Assembly (NCBI GenBank): GCA_948964755.1
Contig: CAREEU010000007.1
Span: 35,417 to 99,416 of the forward strand
Length of the DNA stretch: 64,000 nucleotides
Direction of reading: 5' to 3'
DNA from: an uncultured Lachnospiraceae bacterium
GTDB lineage: Bacteria > Bacillota > Clostridia > Lachnospirales > Lachnospiraceae
The translations under genes were made by a program, and so were the position numbers. The notes under the pieces are model-generated. The model was not told the DNA's origin. It saw only the letters and a list, made by a program, of their open reading frames with translations, and did no database searches. Shown here piece by piece: positions 29,350 through 38,635 of this stretch (positions are counted from its first letter, which is position 1; each line of letters opens with the position of its first letter).

Positions 29350-31113
29350 ATGAGAAAACATACGCTAGAAACCCGCTGGACACAGCAAATTACAGAAACA
29401 AATGCCTGGCAGGAATACCCTCGCCCTACTATGGTTCGCTCCTCTTATATAAACCTAAATGGTTACTGGGATTACAAAATCAGCAGACGTCACACCTTTC
29501 CCTCCGCCTATAGCGGAAAAATCCTAGTTCCGTTCTCTCCCGAATCCAAACTATCCGGTGTACAGCGTCAGTTAAAACCAAATGAATATCTCTGGTACCA
29601 CAGAACCCTTACCCCTTTATCATTTTCCAAACAAGAACGCCTCTATCTGCACTTTGGTGCAGTAGACCAATCCTGCACCATTTACCTCAACCGCCGGAAA
29701 GTCGGTTCCCATCAGGGAGGCTATCTTCCTTTTTCGATTGACATTACGGAAGCGATGCGGCACGCTTCACCCAAAAAGCCTCTAGACTTATTCGTATGTG
29801 TAACCGATCCCAGTGACACCTCCTATCACAGCCGGGGCAAACAAAAGCTCCGCAACGGCGGAATGTTTTATACTGCACAAAGCGGAATCTGGCAGACCGT
29901 CTGGATGGAACTTGTACCGGAAAATTTTATCCGCTATGTCAAATTCACTCCTGACTACGATAAAAAAGAAGTAAAAGTAAAGATTGCTACAGAAAAAACC
30001 TGTCCTGCTGTATTACATCTAAAATTAGAATCCGGCGATCTCTCTTATTCTTTTACAAGCAACCAAAGCTTTCGGATTCCGATTCGGGAATTTCACGCAT
30101 GGAGTCCAGAGCATCCCTATCTGTACCAAGTAAAAATCACTACAAAGACAGACTGTATCTCCAGTTACTTTGCCCTAAGAAAATGTGAAATTCAAACCGA
30201 TTCAAACGGAATCCGAAAAATCTTTCTTAATAATCGCCCCTATCCGCAGATTGGCATCCTCGATCAGGGATACTGGCCAGACGGACTCTATACCCCGCCC
30301 TGTGAAGAAGCGATTTTATTTGATCTTTTGGCAATAAAAAAATTGGGATTTAATATGATCCGCAAACATGTAAAAATCGAATCGGAACGCTGGTACTATC
30401 ACTGTGATCGGCTTGGTATTCTAGTCTGGCAGGATATGGTAAATGGCGGCTCACGCTACCACCGCTGGTTTGTTACCTACTTTGCCACTCTCTTTAACTG
30501 CCTGAATATCCGAATATTTGATCGTCCTCATGCTTTATTTTCACGCAGACAAAAAGAAAGCCGAACCGAATGGACCAAAGAAGTCGTATCCACTGTCCGC
30601 ACCTTATATCCTCATCCCTGCATTGTATGCTGGGTTCCATTTAACGAAGGATGGGGACAGTTTCGTGCACTTTCAGCAGCAGAATTGATTCGCAGTCTAG
30701 ACAAAGAGCGGCTGATCGATCACGCCAGCGGCTGGTTTGATCAGGGAGGCGGCGATATAAAAAGTATTCACTACTATTTCTTCTCCCTGATTCTAAAACC
30801 GGAACGGCGTGCACTCGCTCTGACCGAATTCGGCGGCTACACTTGGCATGTAAAAAAACACAGCTATTCCTCCAAAAAATTTGGCTATCGAACTTTTTAC
30901 AGCAAAAATTCCCTGTCAAAAGGCTATGCCAAATTATTAGAAGACCTGATTTTTCCTGCATTTCAAAACGGACTTTCCGCCTCCGTCTATACCCAGCTTT
31001 CCGATGTAGAAGAGGAACTAAACGGCATCTTTACCTATGACAGAAAAATTCTGAAATTAGACAAAAAAACGGTTACCGAATGGAACCAAAAAATAAAAAA
31101 TCTAATCGAGTAG
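29350..31113 (+). CDS. glycoside hydrolase family 2 protein (beta-glucuronidase/beta-galactosidase-like)
   Basis: 587 aa. GH2 sugar-binding domain (..HQGGYLPFSIDIT..) and TIM-barrel region with WVPFNEGWG. Confidence 0.75.
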   Translation: MRKHTLETRWTQQITETNAWQEYPRPTMVRSSYINLNGYWDYKISRRHTFPSAYSGKILVPFSPESKLSGVQRQLKPNEYLWYHRTLTPLSFSKQERLYLHFGAVDQSCTIYLNRRKVGSHQGGYLPFSIDITEAMRHASPKKPLDLFVCVTDPSDTSYHSRGKQKLRNGGMFYTAQSGIWQTVWMELVPENFIRYVKFTPDYDKKEVKVKIATEKTCPAVLHLKLESGDLSYSFTSNQSFRIPIREFHAWSPEHPYLYQVKITTKTDCISSYFALRKCEIQTDSNGIRKIFLNNRPYPQIGILDQGYWPDGLYTPPCEEAILFDLLAIKKLGFNMIRKHVKIESERWYYHCDRLGILVWQDMVNGGSRYHRWFVTYFATLFNCLNIRIFDRPHALFSRRQKESRTEWTKEVVSTVRTLYPHPCIVCWVPFNEGWGQFRALSAAELIRSLDKERLIDHASGWFDQGGGDIKSIHYYFFSLILKPERRALALTEFGGYTWHVKKHSYSSKKFGYRTFYSKNSLSKGYAKLLEDLIFPAFQNGLSASVYTQLSDVEEELNGIFTYDRKILKLDKKTVTEWNQKIKNLIE

Positions 31114-31255
31114 GAAAGGTTACTTTCCCTACTCGCTGTCTCAGGCGTCCGTCAGCTCCGCTGACCTATTTCATTAAAACATTCATGTGCATAAAAAGGG
31201 ACTGCTGCAAAATAATAAATTCCTATCCTATTTTGCAGCAGCCCCTTTTCCACTA
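31107..31255 (+). repeat. module-5 repeat (gagtaggg hairpin + gtcagc..gctgac hairpin) fused to a bidirectional terminator between convergent genes
   Basis: atcgagtaggaaaggttactttccctactcgctg..gtcagctccgctgac.. then gggactgctgcaaaata..tattttgcagcagcccc flanked by A and T tracts. The GH2 stop codon lies inside the first hairpin. Confidence 0.65.
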
Positions 31256-31723
31256 TAAAATCACTTCCATCCCAACTTTCTGAGGCTTTAACCCACAGGA
31301 CTGATAAAATTTCATAGCAGATTCATTTAAGCTCCAGACATTTAAGGTTACATTATAACACTGATTCTGCCTTGCAAGTGCAAGCACTTCCTGATAAAGC
31401 TGCTTTCCTATATGTTGTCCTCTCTGCGTCTCCTCCACACAGAGATCATCAATATACAAAGTCTTTATATCCGTTAAAATATTATTTTCTTTTTGCTGCT
31501 GAAAAACACAAAAGGCATAACCCAAAACCTGCTGTTCCGAATCCACCGCTACTAAAATAGGTCTCTGATCATCACAAATCAATTCCTTTAACTGTTCATC
31601 CGTATATTTCTTTGCACCATACTTAAATAAATCCGGTCTTCCTCTATGATGCACCAGACACACCTGCATCAGCAGCCGATTAATCCCCTCCATATCGCTT
31701 TCTTCCGCCCGTCTAATTTTCAT
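31253..31723 (-). CDS. GNAT family N-acetyltransferase
   Basis: 156 aa. Acetyl-CoA binding region ..QRGQHIGKQLYQEVL.. Confidence 0.8.
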   Translation of the reverse strand: MKIRRAEESDMEGINRLLMQVCLVHHRGRPDLFKYGAKKYTDEQLKELICDDQRPILVAVDSEQQVLGYAFCVFQQQKENNILTDIKTLYIDDLCVEETQRGQHIGKQLYQEVLALARQNQCYNVTLNVWSLNESAMKFYQSCGLKPQKVGMEVIL

Positions 31724-31757
31724 TGTTTATTCCCTTCCTTCACTAACTATTCCTTTC

Positions 31758-32414
31758 CTATTCCACTTCTGCTTCTATCGCTTCCACTACTAAAATACTC
31801 TCAATCACCGGCTGTTTCTCTTTTGGCAGCACCCCGCTCAACCCCTGCTCGGAAGCTTCTTTACAGATCGCATCCACAATCTCCATTCCCTCCGTAACAT
31901 AACCAAACACAGCATAATCTCCGTCCAAATGAGGGCTGTCCTCATGCACAATAAAAAACTGCGAACTGGCACTGTCCGGTATCATAGAACGTGCCATAGA
32001 AATCGCACCCCGTGTATGCTTAAGCGGATTATCCACTCCATTATTCGGAAATTCTCCAACAATTTTCGTATCCGAACCGCCGTAACCATCCCCCTGCGGA
32101 TCGCCTCCCTGTATCATAAACCCGTCTATCACTCGATGAAAAGTAAGCCCATCATAAAAATTAGATTCCGCAAGCTGAATAAAATTTGTAACTGTAATCG
32201 GAGCACTATCTGCATCTAACTCAGCATAAATAATTCCCTTATCCTTTACATGAATCTCTATCTGATGCTTCCCTGTCAGATAAGACTCCTCTGTACTAGA
32301 TTCTGTTTCTGCAGAAGGCACCTCCCCTTTTCCACAAGCAGTTATCCCTATTATAAAAAATAAAACCAAAACCACAAAACCATATAATCCCTTTTTCTGA
32401 TACAATTTTTTCAT
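31758..32414 (-). CDS. cyclophilin-type peptidyl-prolyl cis-trans isomerase, lipoprotein
   Basis: Lipobox ITAC. Cyclophilin motifs FHRVIDGFMIQGGDP. Confidence 0.85.
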   Translation of the reverse strand: MKKLYQKKGLYGFVVLVLFFIIGITACGKGEVPSAETESSTEESYLTGKHQIEIHVKDKGIIYAELDADSAPITVTNFIQLAESNFYDGLTFHRVIDGFMIQGGDPQGDGYGGSDTKIVGEFPNNGVDNPLKHTRGAISMARSMIPDSASSQFFIVHEDSPHLDGDYAVFGYVTEGMEIVDAICKEASEQGLSGVLPKEKQPVIESILVVEAIEAEVE

Positions 32415-32541
32415 AAAATACAGTTTTCCTCCTTTATCTAAAATCTAAAATCATAACTCTATCTAAATCATAAATCCTCTATCCAAAATAATAACTCCAT
32501 TCTCTCTAAATTTATTCACAATCTATCTTTAATTTTTTATC

Positions 32542-33165
32542 CTAATTCTTTTCATATATCTGAATCGTTGCATCAATCGAATCTACCACACTGACAATAT
32601 GATATTTTAATACAAACAATGCATTTGCCTCTTCTGGATATTTTTGCTTTACTTTTCGAAGAAGCGGAAGGATATATTGCCTGGTTTCTTCAATATATGC
32701 CTTTAATTTTTCCTTTGAAAATGCCCCCGCCATACACGATACATTATGACAGCGATCAATTAGTTTCGTAATAGACGCTTCCCGATTTTCTAAAAGTTCA
32801 TTATAATAACGATTCCTTGCAATCTCTTTTGTCTCACCTTCCATAACCCGAAATGTCATCAATTCTACACCTCGCCGCACAATATCATTTACTGGAAGTT
32901 CCTCCAAACTAATTCCGCAGTCTTCACAGACATCATGCAGTAAAATCGTTGCAATTATATTATCTTCCTTAATTCCAATACTAAGTGCATTGCACGCCAT
33001 AGTAAGAGGATGAATAATATAGGGTTCTCCTCCCTTACGCATCTGTCCCTCGTGTTTCTCTCTTGCAAAAGATAGTGCCTTTAATGTCTGTGTCATCTCT
33101 GCCCCAGAAGCATAACCTCGAATATAAGTATACATTTTATCTGGATAAAATACGGTTCTTTCCAT
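32542..33165 (-). CDS. HD-domain protein resembling the (p)ppGpp hydrolase domain of RelA/SpoT (small alarmone hydrolase-like)
   Basis: [25 protein letters not shown] metal-binding HD motif. 207 aa, stand-alone. Confidence 0.6.
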   Translation of the reverse strand: MERTVFYPDKMYTYIRGYASGAEMTQTLKALSFAREKHEGQMRKGGEPYIIHPLTMACNALSIGIKEDNIIATILLHDVCEDCGISLEELPVNDIVRRGVELMTFRVMEGETKEIARNRYYNELLENREASITKLIDRCHNVSCMAGAFSKEKLKAYIEETRQYILPLLRKVKQKYPEEANALFVLKYHIVSVVDSIDATIQIYEKN

Positions 33166-33287
33166 CTTCTATTTCCTTTATCGTTTTTATTATTGTTAAT
33201 AGGTTAAAACAATTACTCTACCAAAATCACTTTTTATAGTTTAGCATATTTTTTTTATATATTCAATATTCGATTTCAACTCCAAGG

Positions 33288-33546
33288 GGACGCCAGAGTG
33301 TTTTAGGGAGACGTGTTCCGCTCTCCAGAAAGCAGAAGTTCTAAGACTTCTGAATTTCCGTGCATCCCACCGGACGGACCGGCACGCAATTCGCCTCTGC
33401 AGGAGGCTAAACACGTGCCTTTTTCGGGCACAAGTGCCCGAAAATCCTACAGAATCGACAGAAGTCTAAGAACTTCTGCTTTCCTCCGAAGTCACAGCGT
33501 CTCCCTAAAGCACTCTGGCTGTATTGTCTCACAATTTACGTTTCCT
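33288..33546 (-). repeat. LPE-1 copy D (B-type core, alpha flank), head-to-head with copy E
   Basis: ggacgccagagtgttttagggagacgtg..core..cagcgtctccctaaagcactctggct gtattgtctcacaatttacgtttc. Confidence 0.85.
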
Positions 33547-33674
33547 TTCTCGATCCTCTATGAATACAGGAATCAACTTTTATGTTTTCTTTTCTCGATC
33601 CTCTATGGATACATAAATCAATTTCCATGTTTTCCTTTTTCGAACCTCTATGGATACAGGAATCAAATAAAAAC
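33547..33674. repeat. tandem array, about 3 units of ~46 bp, reiterating the alpha-flank-like sequence between LPE-1 copies D and E
   Basis: ctttctcgatcctctatgaatacaggaatcaacttttatgttttc repeated with variation. Confidence 0.7.
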
Positions 33675-33943
33675 TTATCGGCAGGAAAAAACAGCCAGAG
33701 TGGGGAAAAGATTCCTTGCCACTGTGACTTCGGAAAAAGTTAGAAAGTCTTATGCTTTTGTCGATCCACTAGGATTTTTTGCCATTCTCGAATGGCAAAA
33801 AAAGGGGTGTGTTTAGCCCGCTGTACGGGCGAATTGCACCCCGGTCCGTCCGGCTGGATGTATCTACATTCAAAAGCATTAGACTTTCTTACTTTTTGGA
33901 GAGCGGAACAGTGGCAAGGAATCTTTTCCCCACTCTAGCGTCC
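33675..33943 (+). repeat. LPE-1 copy E (A-type core, beta flank)
   Basis: tatcggcaggaaaaaacagccagag tggggaaaagattccttgccactg..core..cagtggcaaggaatcttttcccca ctctagcgtcc. Confidence 0.85.
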
Positions 33944-33989
33944 CCCCGCCCACACTATAACACCAAAACCTTTACACCCTATCCCCCTT

Positions 33990-35288
33990 CTATAAAATAT
34001 CAATATATTCCCCAGATAAAGCCTTATTCATACTGCGAACGGCACAAAATTTTCCGCACATCGAACAACTGTCCTCCTGCTCCGGTTTTCGCTCTTCCCG
34101 AATCTGCTTCGCCGTTTTTGGATCTATCGCACACTCCCACTGCTTTTCCCAATCCAATTCCCGCCGTGCCTGAGCCATTGCATCATCTAATTCCCTAGCC
34201 CCTCGAATCCCCTTTGCAATATCAGCCGCATGAGCCGCAATTCGGGAAGCTATTATCCCCTGCCGCACATCCTCTAAATTCGGCAAAGCCAAATGCTCCG
34301 CCGGAGTTACATAGCACAAAAAAGAAGCTCCCGCCGCTGCCGCAATCGCTCCTCCAATCGCAGCCGTAATATGATCATACCCAGGTGCAATATCGGTTAC
34401 CAAAGGTCCCAACACATAAAAAGGTGCCCCCATACAGATTGTCTGCTGGATCTTCATATTAGCCGCAATTTGATCCATCGGCATATGCCCGGGACCTTCC
34501 ACCATTACCTGCACATCCCTCTCCCAAGCACGTTTTGTTAATTCTCCCAGCCGCACCAATTCTTCTATCTGACAGACATCCGAAGCATCCGCCAAACATC
34601 CCGGCCGACAGGCATCCCCAAGAGAGATCGTAACATCATATTCCCGGCAAATTTCCAAAATTTCATCATAATACTGATAAAACGGATTTTCCTCTCCGGT
34701 CATGCACATCCAGGCAAATACCAAAGACCCTCCCCGTGATACAATATTCATTTTCCGCTTCTGCGTTCGAATCTGTTCGATTGTCTTTCTGGTAATCCCA
34801 CAGTGCAAAGTTACAAAATCTACTCCATCTTCTGCATGAAGCCGAATCACATCTAAAAAGTCCTGTGCACAAAGTGTCGCTAAATCCCGCTGATAGTGAA
34901 TCACCGCATCATAAACCGGTACGGTTCCAATCATTGCCGGACATTCTGCCGTTAATTTTCTCCGAAACGGCTGTGTATCTCCATGGGAAGATAAATCCAT
35001 AATCGAGTGAGCACCCATTTCCACTGCTTTTTGTACCTTTTTCATCTCTGCTTCTTTATCTTTACAATCTTTCGAGACTCCCAGATTGACATTGATCTTT
35101 GTGCGAAGCATTGATCCAATCCCTTCTGCATCTAAACAGGCATGATTTTTATTTGCACAGATCACAACTTTTCCCTCCGCTACAAGCGGCATCAGCTCCT
35201 CTGCTGTCATTTGTTCTTTAACCGCAACCGCTTTTAATTGTTCTGTAAGAATCCCTTTCCGTGCAGCTTCCATCTGTGTAGCATACAT
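33990..35288 (-). CDS. thiC: phosphomethylpyrimidine synthase
   Basis: 432 aa. Conserved ThiC regions and the C-terminal CxxC..C cluster region (..[12 protein letters not shown]..). Confidence 0.9.
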   Translation of the reverse strand: MYATQMEAARKGILTEQLKAVAVKEQMTAEELMPLVAEGKVVICANKNHACLDAEGIGSMLRTKINVNLGVSKDCKDKEAEMKKVQKAVEMGAHSIMDLSSHGDTQPFRRKLTAECPAMIGTVPVYDAVIHYQRDLATLCAQDFLDVIRLHAEDGVDFVTLHCGITRKTIEQIRTQKRKMNIVSRGGSLVFAWMCMTGEENPFYQYYDEILEICREYDVTISLGDACRPGCLADASDVCQIEELVRLGELTKRAWERDVQVMVEGPGHMPMDQIAANMKIQQTICMGAPFYVLGPLVTDIAPGYDHITAAIGGAIAAAAGASFLCYVTPAEHLALPNLEDVRQGIIASRIAAHAADIAKGIRGARELDDAMAQARRELDWEKQWECAIDPKTAKQIREERKPEQEDSCSMCGKFCAVRSMNKALSGEYIDIL

Positions 35289-35367
35289 TCTTTTTTCCTC
35301 CTGCCGATTTTTTTAGTTTTTATTTCTTCTCTTATCTAATGTGTTTCCTTCTTATTGTGCCTGTTTT

Positions 35368-36165
35368 CTAATTTTCTAAATTCCACATATGGTTCAATGG
35401 ACCGTTTCCATGTCCAAGAAAAATCTCCTTCTGCAATGCTCCGCTGATATATTCTTTTGCCAGCCGCACGCTCTCTTCCAATTCCTTTCCCTTTGCTAAA
35501 TTAGAAACAATCGCTGCACTTAAGGTACATCCTGTTCCATGTGTATTAGAAACATAATATCGTTCTCCGCTTATCCAGATTTTCCGATTTTGTTTTATTT
35601 CATAAAGAAAATCATCTGCATCCTCTGCTGCATGTCCTCCCTTTAACAGAACACTGCATCCATACCGCTGACCCATTTCCACTGCCGCTGCCTCTCTCTC
35701 TGCTTTCCTTTGAATCGTTCTGTTCACTAATCGCTCTGCCTCTAAAAGATTAGGCGTAATCAGTCTTGCCATAGGAAACAATCTCTTTGCCAACTCGGTC
35801 TTTCCCTCTCTGCCTAAAAATTCCGTCCCGCTAGTAGAACCCATAACGGGATCGATAACAAGGTTGTCAGCCTGATAATAGGCAAGCCTTTCTGCAAGGA
35901 TCGGAATCAAACACTTAGAACCAATCATTCCAATCTTTACTGCATCCGGTACAATATCTGTAAAAATACTGTCTATCTGCTGCCTGAAACATTCCTCTGT
36001 CACCGGACAGACTGCAGACACTCCTCTTGTATTCTGTGCCGTCAAAGCTGTAATCACACTCATTCCATAAACGCCATGCATCGTCATCGTCTTTAAGTCT
36101 GCCTGAATCCCCGCTCCGCCTGAACAGTCACTTCCCGCTATTGTAAGTGCCGTTTTTATCATATT
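35368..36165 (-). CDS. thiD: hydroxymethylpyrimidine/phosphomethylpyrimidine kinase
   Basis: TIAGSDCSGGAGIQADLKT motif. Start at the internal Met (MIKTALTIAG), overlapping the thiE stop. Confidence 0.85.
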   Translation of the reverse strand, partial: NMIKTALTIAGSDCSGGAGIQADLKTMTMHGVYGMSVITALTAQNTRGVSAVCPVTEECFRQQIDSIFTDIVPDAVKIGMIGSKCLIPILAERLAYYQADNLVIDPVMGSTSGTEFLGREGKTELAKRLFPMARLITPNLLEAERLVNRTIQRKAEREAAAVEMGQRYGCSVLLKGGHAAEDADDFLYEIKQNRKIWISGERYYVSNTHGTGCTLSAAIVSNLAKGKELEESVRLAKEYISGALQKEIFLGHGNGPLNHMWNLEN

Positions 36166-36814
36166 AGCTTCTCCCTCCAATTTCAAATAGCTGCTCACAC
36201 CTTCTGCGAAGCCGCAAAACAGCCGACGGTATCTCTTTTTGGGCAAAAACAGCTCGAATCACAGCAACTCCGCAAATCCCGGTTCCTGCAAGCTGATCCA
36301 GATTTTCTTCTACAATCCCTCCAATCGCTATAACTGGAATAGAAACGGTCTGAACAATTTGCCGCAGTACTTCTATTTCGACAGCCTGTGCATCTGCTTT
36401 AGACTGTGTAGCAAAAATAGCTCCAACCCCTAAATAATCCGCTCCCTGCCGTTGTGCCAGCACAGCCTGTTCCACTGTCTGCACCGATACCCCAAGAATC
36501 TTTTCTTTTCCTATCTTCTCCCTTACTAAAGAAGCCTCCATATCCGTCTGCCCCACATGTACGCCGTCCGCATCCAGACAACAAGCCAGTTCTACATGAT
36601 CATTGATTAAAAAAGGAACCTGATACTGCCTGCAAAGTCTTTGTACCTCCAACGCTTCCCTATAACACTCCTCTTTAGACAATTCCTTTTCCCGAAGCTG
36701 CAGCATAGTTACTCCTCCCTTTAATGCCTCTTCCACCTGCCAAATAAAAGGATGCTCTCTATCCGACCAGCCCCGATCCGTCACCGCATAGAGCAGCCAA
36801 TCACCGCATCTCAT
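36164..36814 (-). CDS. thiE: thiamine-phosphate synthase
   Basis: 216 aa, TMP-TENI fold motifs (..LQLREKELS..IAIGGI..). Confidence 0.85.
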   Translation of the reverse strand: MRCGDWLLYAVTDRGWSDREHPFIWQVEEALKGGVTMLQLREKELSKEECYREALEVQRLCRQYQVPFLINDHVELACCLDADGVHVGQTDMEASLVREKIGKEKILGVSVQTVEQAVLAQRQGADYLGVGAIFATQSKADAQAVEIEVLRQIVQTVSIPVIAIGGIVEENLDQLAGTGICGVAVIRAVFAQKEIPSAVLRLRRRCEQLFEIGGRS

Positions 36815-37622
36815 AATTTGCCCTCCTCTCCAACTCCTCTCCGCTCATCCGATAGACCGCATCAATAATCCGATTTCGATAAGAAGCATTTCCGTCTCCC
36901 TTTTCCATTCTCTCCCATGCCACTTCTCCAGCAATCCCCATCACACAGACAGCAGCCGCACAAGCCTCCAATTTCCGCTCAGGATTTGCCGCCAAATAGG
37001 CAGCCGTCACAGCCGAAAGCTGACATCCGGTTCCTGTAATTTTGCTCATCTCAGGACGTCCGTTTCGAATAATATAACTATGCCTTTCATCCAAAACCAA
37101 ATCAATCGCTCCCGTACAGACAAGAATACAATGTCTTTCTTTTGCAAATGCCTGAAAAATCAAGATCATTTCTTCCAGATTTTCTTCTGTCACCACATCC
37201 ATTACATTGGCATCCACTCCCTGCGTATTTCCGCTTCCAAACACCAAAGCCTTTAGTTCCGAACTATTTCCCCGAATACAGTCAAAGGAAATCTCCCGCA
37301 TCAGTGAAAGAGCCGTATTGGTTCGAAACATACTAGCTCCAGCTCCCACCGGATCGAATACTACACAATGCCCCAATTTCACTGCCTGTTTCCCTGCAGC
37401 AAACATAGCCGGAACCGTATGCTGATTCAACGTCCCAATATTAATCGTCAGCCCGTCACAAATCGAAGTAATCTCCGCCGCCTCTTCCAAATCATCCGCC
37501 ATAATCGGACTTGCTTTACAAGCAAGCAGCACATTTGCCACATCATTCACCGTTACATAATTTGTAATATTATGAATTAACGGCATCTTTCTTTCCACAG
37601 CTTCCAAACATTCTTTTAACAT
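36801..37622 (-). CDS. thiM: hydroxyethylthiazole kinase
   Basis: 273 aa. ThiM signature ..PLIHNITNYVTVNDVAN.. Confidence 0.85.
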   Translation of the reverse strand: MLKECLEAVERKMPLIHNITNYVTVNDVANVLLACKASPIMADDLEEAAEITSICDGLTINIGTLNQHTVPAMFAAGKQAVKLGHCVVFDPVGAGASMFRTNTALSLMREISFDCIRGNSSELKALVFGSGNTQGVDANVMDVVTEENLEEMILIFQAFAKERHCILVCTGAIDLVLDERHSYIIRNGRPEMSKITGTGCQLSAVTAAYLAANPERKLEACAAAVCVMGIAGEVAWERMEKGDGNASYRNRIIDAVYRMSGEELERRANYEMR

Positions 37623-37653
37623 ATCACATTCCTCCTTTTCTTGGAGAACCTCT

Positions 37654-37706
37654 AATCAAAGGAAATTCGGAATCCGCTCCGCTACTTCCTTGATAGGTTA
37701 AAAATA
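37654..37706 (+). repeat. SHE-2 minimal copy
   Basis: aatcaaaggaaattcggaatccgctccgctacttccttgataggttaaaaa. Confidence 0.65.
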
Positions 37707-37862
37707 AGCCGTCCCTTTCCCTGTCATACCAAACCTGCCATCCCTTCCACCTGTCACAATGGAACCTCTACCCTCCTTCTACAATCAAACAAGAAAAATT
37801 TATCTTCCCCTGCTCATCTACCAAAATCCGTCAGCTTACTGAACGATTCCTTTGAACACCCA

Positions 37863-37950
37863 TATACCATCGAGTAGGAAAATTTCCTCTCCTTACTCGC
37901 TGCACCAAGCGTCCATCAGCTCCGCTAACATCGTTCCCTTGGACGCCCGC
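37863..37950 (+). repeat. module-5 repeat copy
   Basis: atcgagtaggaaaatttcctctccttactcgctg..catcagctccgctaac..cgttcccttg..catacataaaaaaa. Same order and orientation as the copies at 31107 and 49320. Confidence 0.65.
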
Positions 37951-37954
37951 ATAC

Positions 37955-38100
37955 ATAAAAAAATGCAGACACGCAAAAAGCATATCTGCACCGTTCTTCC
38001 GCAAATGATGTCCCTACGTTGGCATTATCCAAATCAGGTTTTAAGGGTAAAAGCCTCACATGCTTACTCTCAGCCTATTCTAATAAGCTCCCCATATATT
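37955..38100 (-). ncRNA. TPP riboswitch (THI element) with terminator-type expression platform
   Basis: Minus-strand sequence ggggagc..aggctgagag..acccttaaaacctgatttggataatgccaacgtagggaca matches the TPP aptamer consensus (CUGAGA, ACCUGAUCUGGAUAAUGCCAGCGUAGGGAA). It is followed by the hairpin gcagatatgc/gcgtgtctgc and a T7 run. Confidence 0.75.
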
Positions 38101-38159
38101 TCTATTATAACCTCTTTTTAAAAAAACACAATCCCCTTTTTCCAACAAAATCCTTTAAC

Positions 38160-38334
38160 CCCTCCCAACACCATACCTCATTTGAACCTCTATTTTTTAC
38201 TGAAATTATTCGAACCAAGTCCAATCAAATCCAACACCATACCTCATTTGAACTCCTATCTTTTACTGAAATTGGTCCAACCAAGTCCAATCAAATCCAA
38301 CATCGTACCTCATTTGAGCCTCTATCTTTTACTC
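38160..38334. repeat. tandem array, about 3 units of ~62 bp, immediately 5' of LPE-1 copy F
   Basis: tccaacaccatacctcatttgaacctctattttttactgaaattattcgaaccaagtccaatcaaa repeated with variation. Confidence 0.7.
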
Positions 38335-38603
38335 TATCGGCAGGATAAATCAGCCAGAACAAAGAAGCAATTTCTTGCTGACGTGACTTCGGAGAAAAGT
38401 TAGAAAGTCTTACGCTTTTGTCGATCCACTAGGATTTTTTGCCATTCCCGAATGGCAAAAAAAGGGGTGTGTTTAGCCCGCTGCACGGGCGAATTGCACC
38501 CCGGTCCGTCCGGCTGGATGCATCAAAATTCAAAAGCGTTAGACTTTCTTACTTTTCGGAGAGCGGAACGTCAGCAAGAAATTGCTTCTTTGTTCTAGCG
38601 TCC
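38335..38603 (+). repeat. LPE-1 copy F (A-type core, beta flank)
   Basis: tatcggcaggataaatcagccagaac aaagaagcaatttcttgctgacg..core..cgtcagcaagaaattgcttctttg ttctagcgtcc. Confidence 0.85.
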
Positions 38604-38635
38604 CCCCACCCCCATCCAATCATGAAAAAATCCCC

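Noticed and set aside
33313-34198. Short ORFs inside LPE-1 copies (e.g. 33779-34198, 38439-38645, 43076-43276, 53213-53407 sharing MPFSNGKKRGVFSPL..; 22325-22693, 33313-33816, 48829-49038)
   Set aside because: The shared peptide simply reflects the conserved repeat DNA read in one frame. They are open on both strands, have no RBS, and their boundaries coincide with repeat boundaries.
35289-35367. Expected TPP riboswitch directly upstream of thiC
   Set aside because: The 80-nt gap has no CUGAGA or aptamer features. thiC is the last gene of the thiM-thiE-thiD-thiC operon, whose riboswitch is at 37955-38100.
37863-37955. Conserved short minus-strand ORF in module-5 (MY..NDVS..D..L..RV....FPTR) as a leader peptide
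   Set aside because: Only two of three full copies keep the frame. The apparent synonymous changes fall in the GTCAGC/GCTGAC hairpin and are explained by RNA pairing. Kept only as a note under the module-5 finding.
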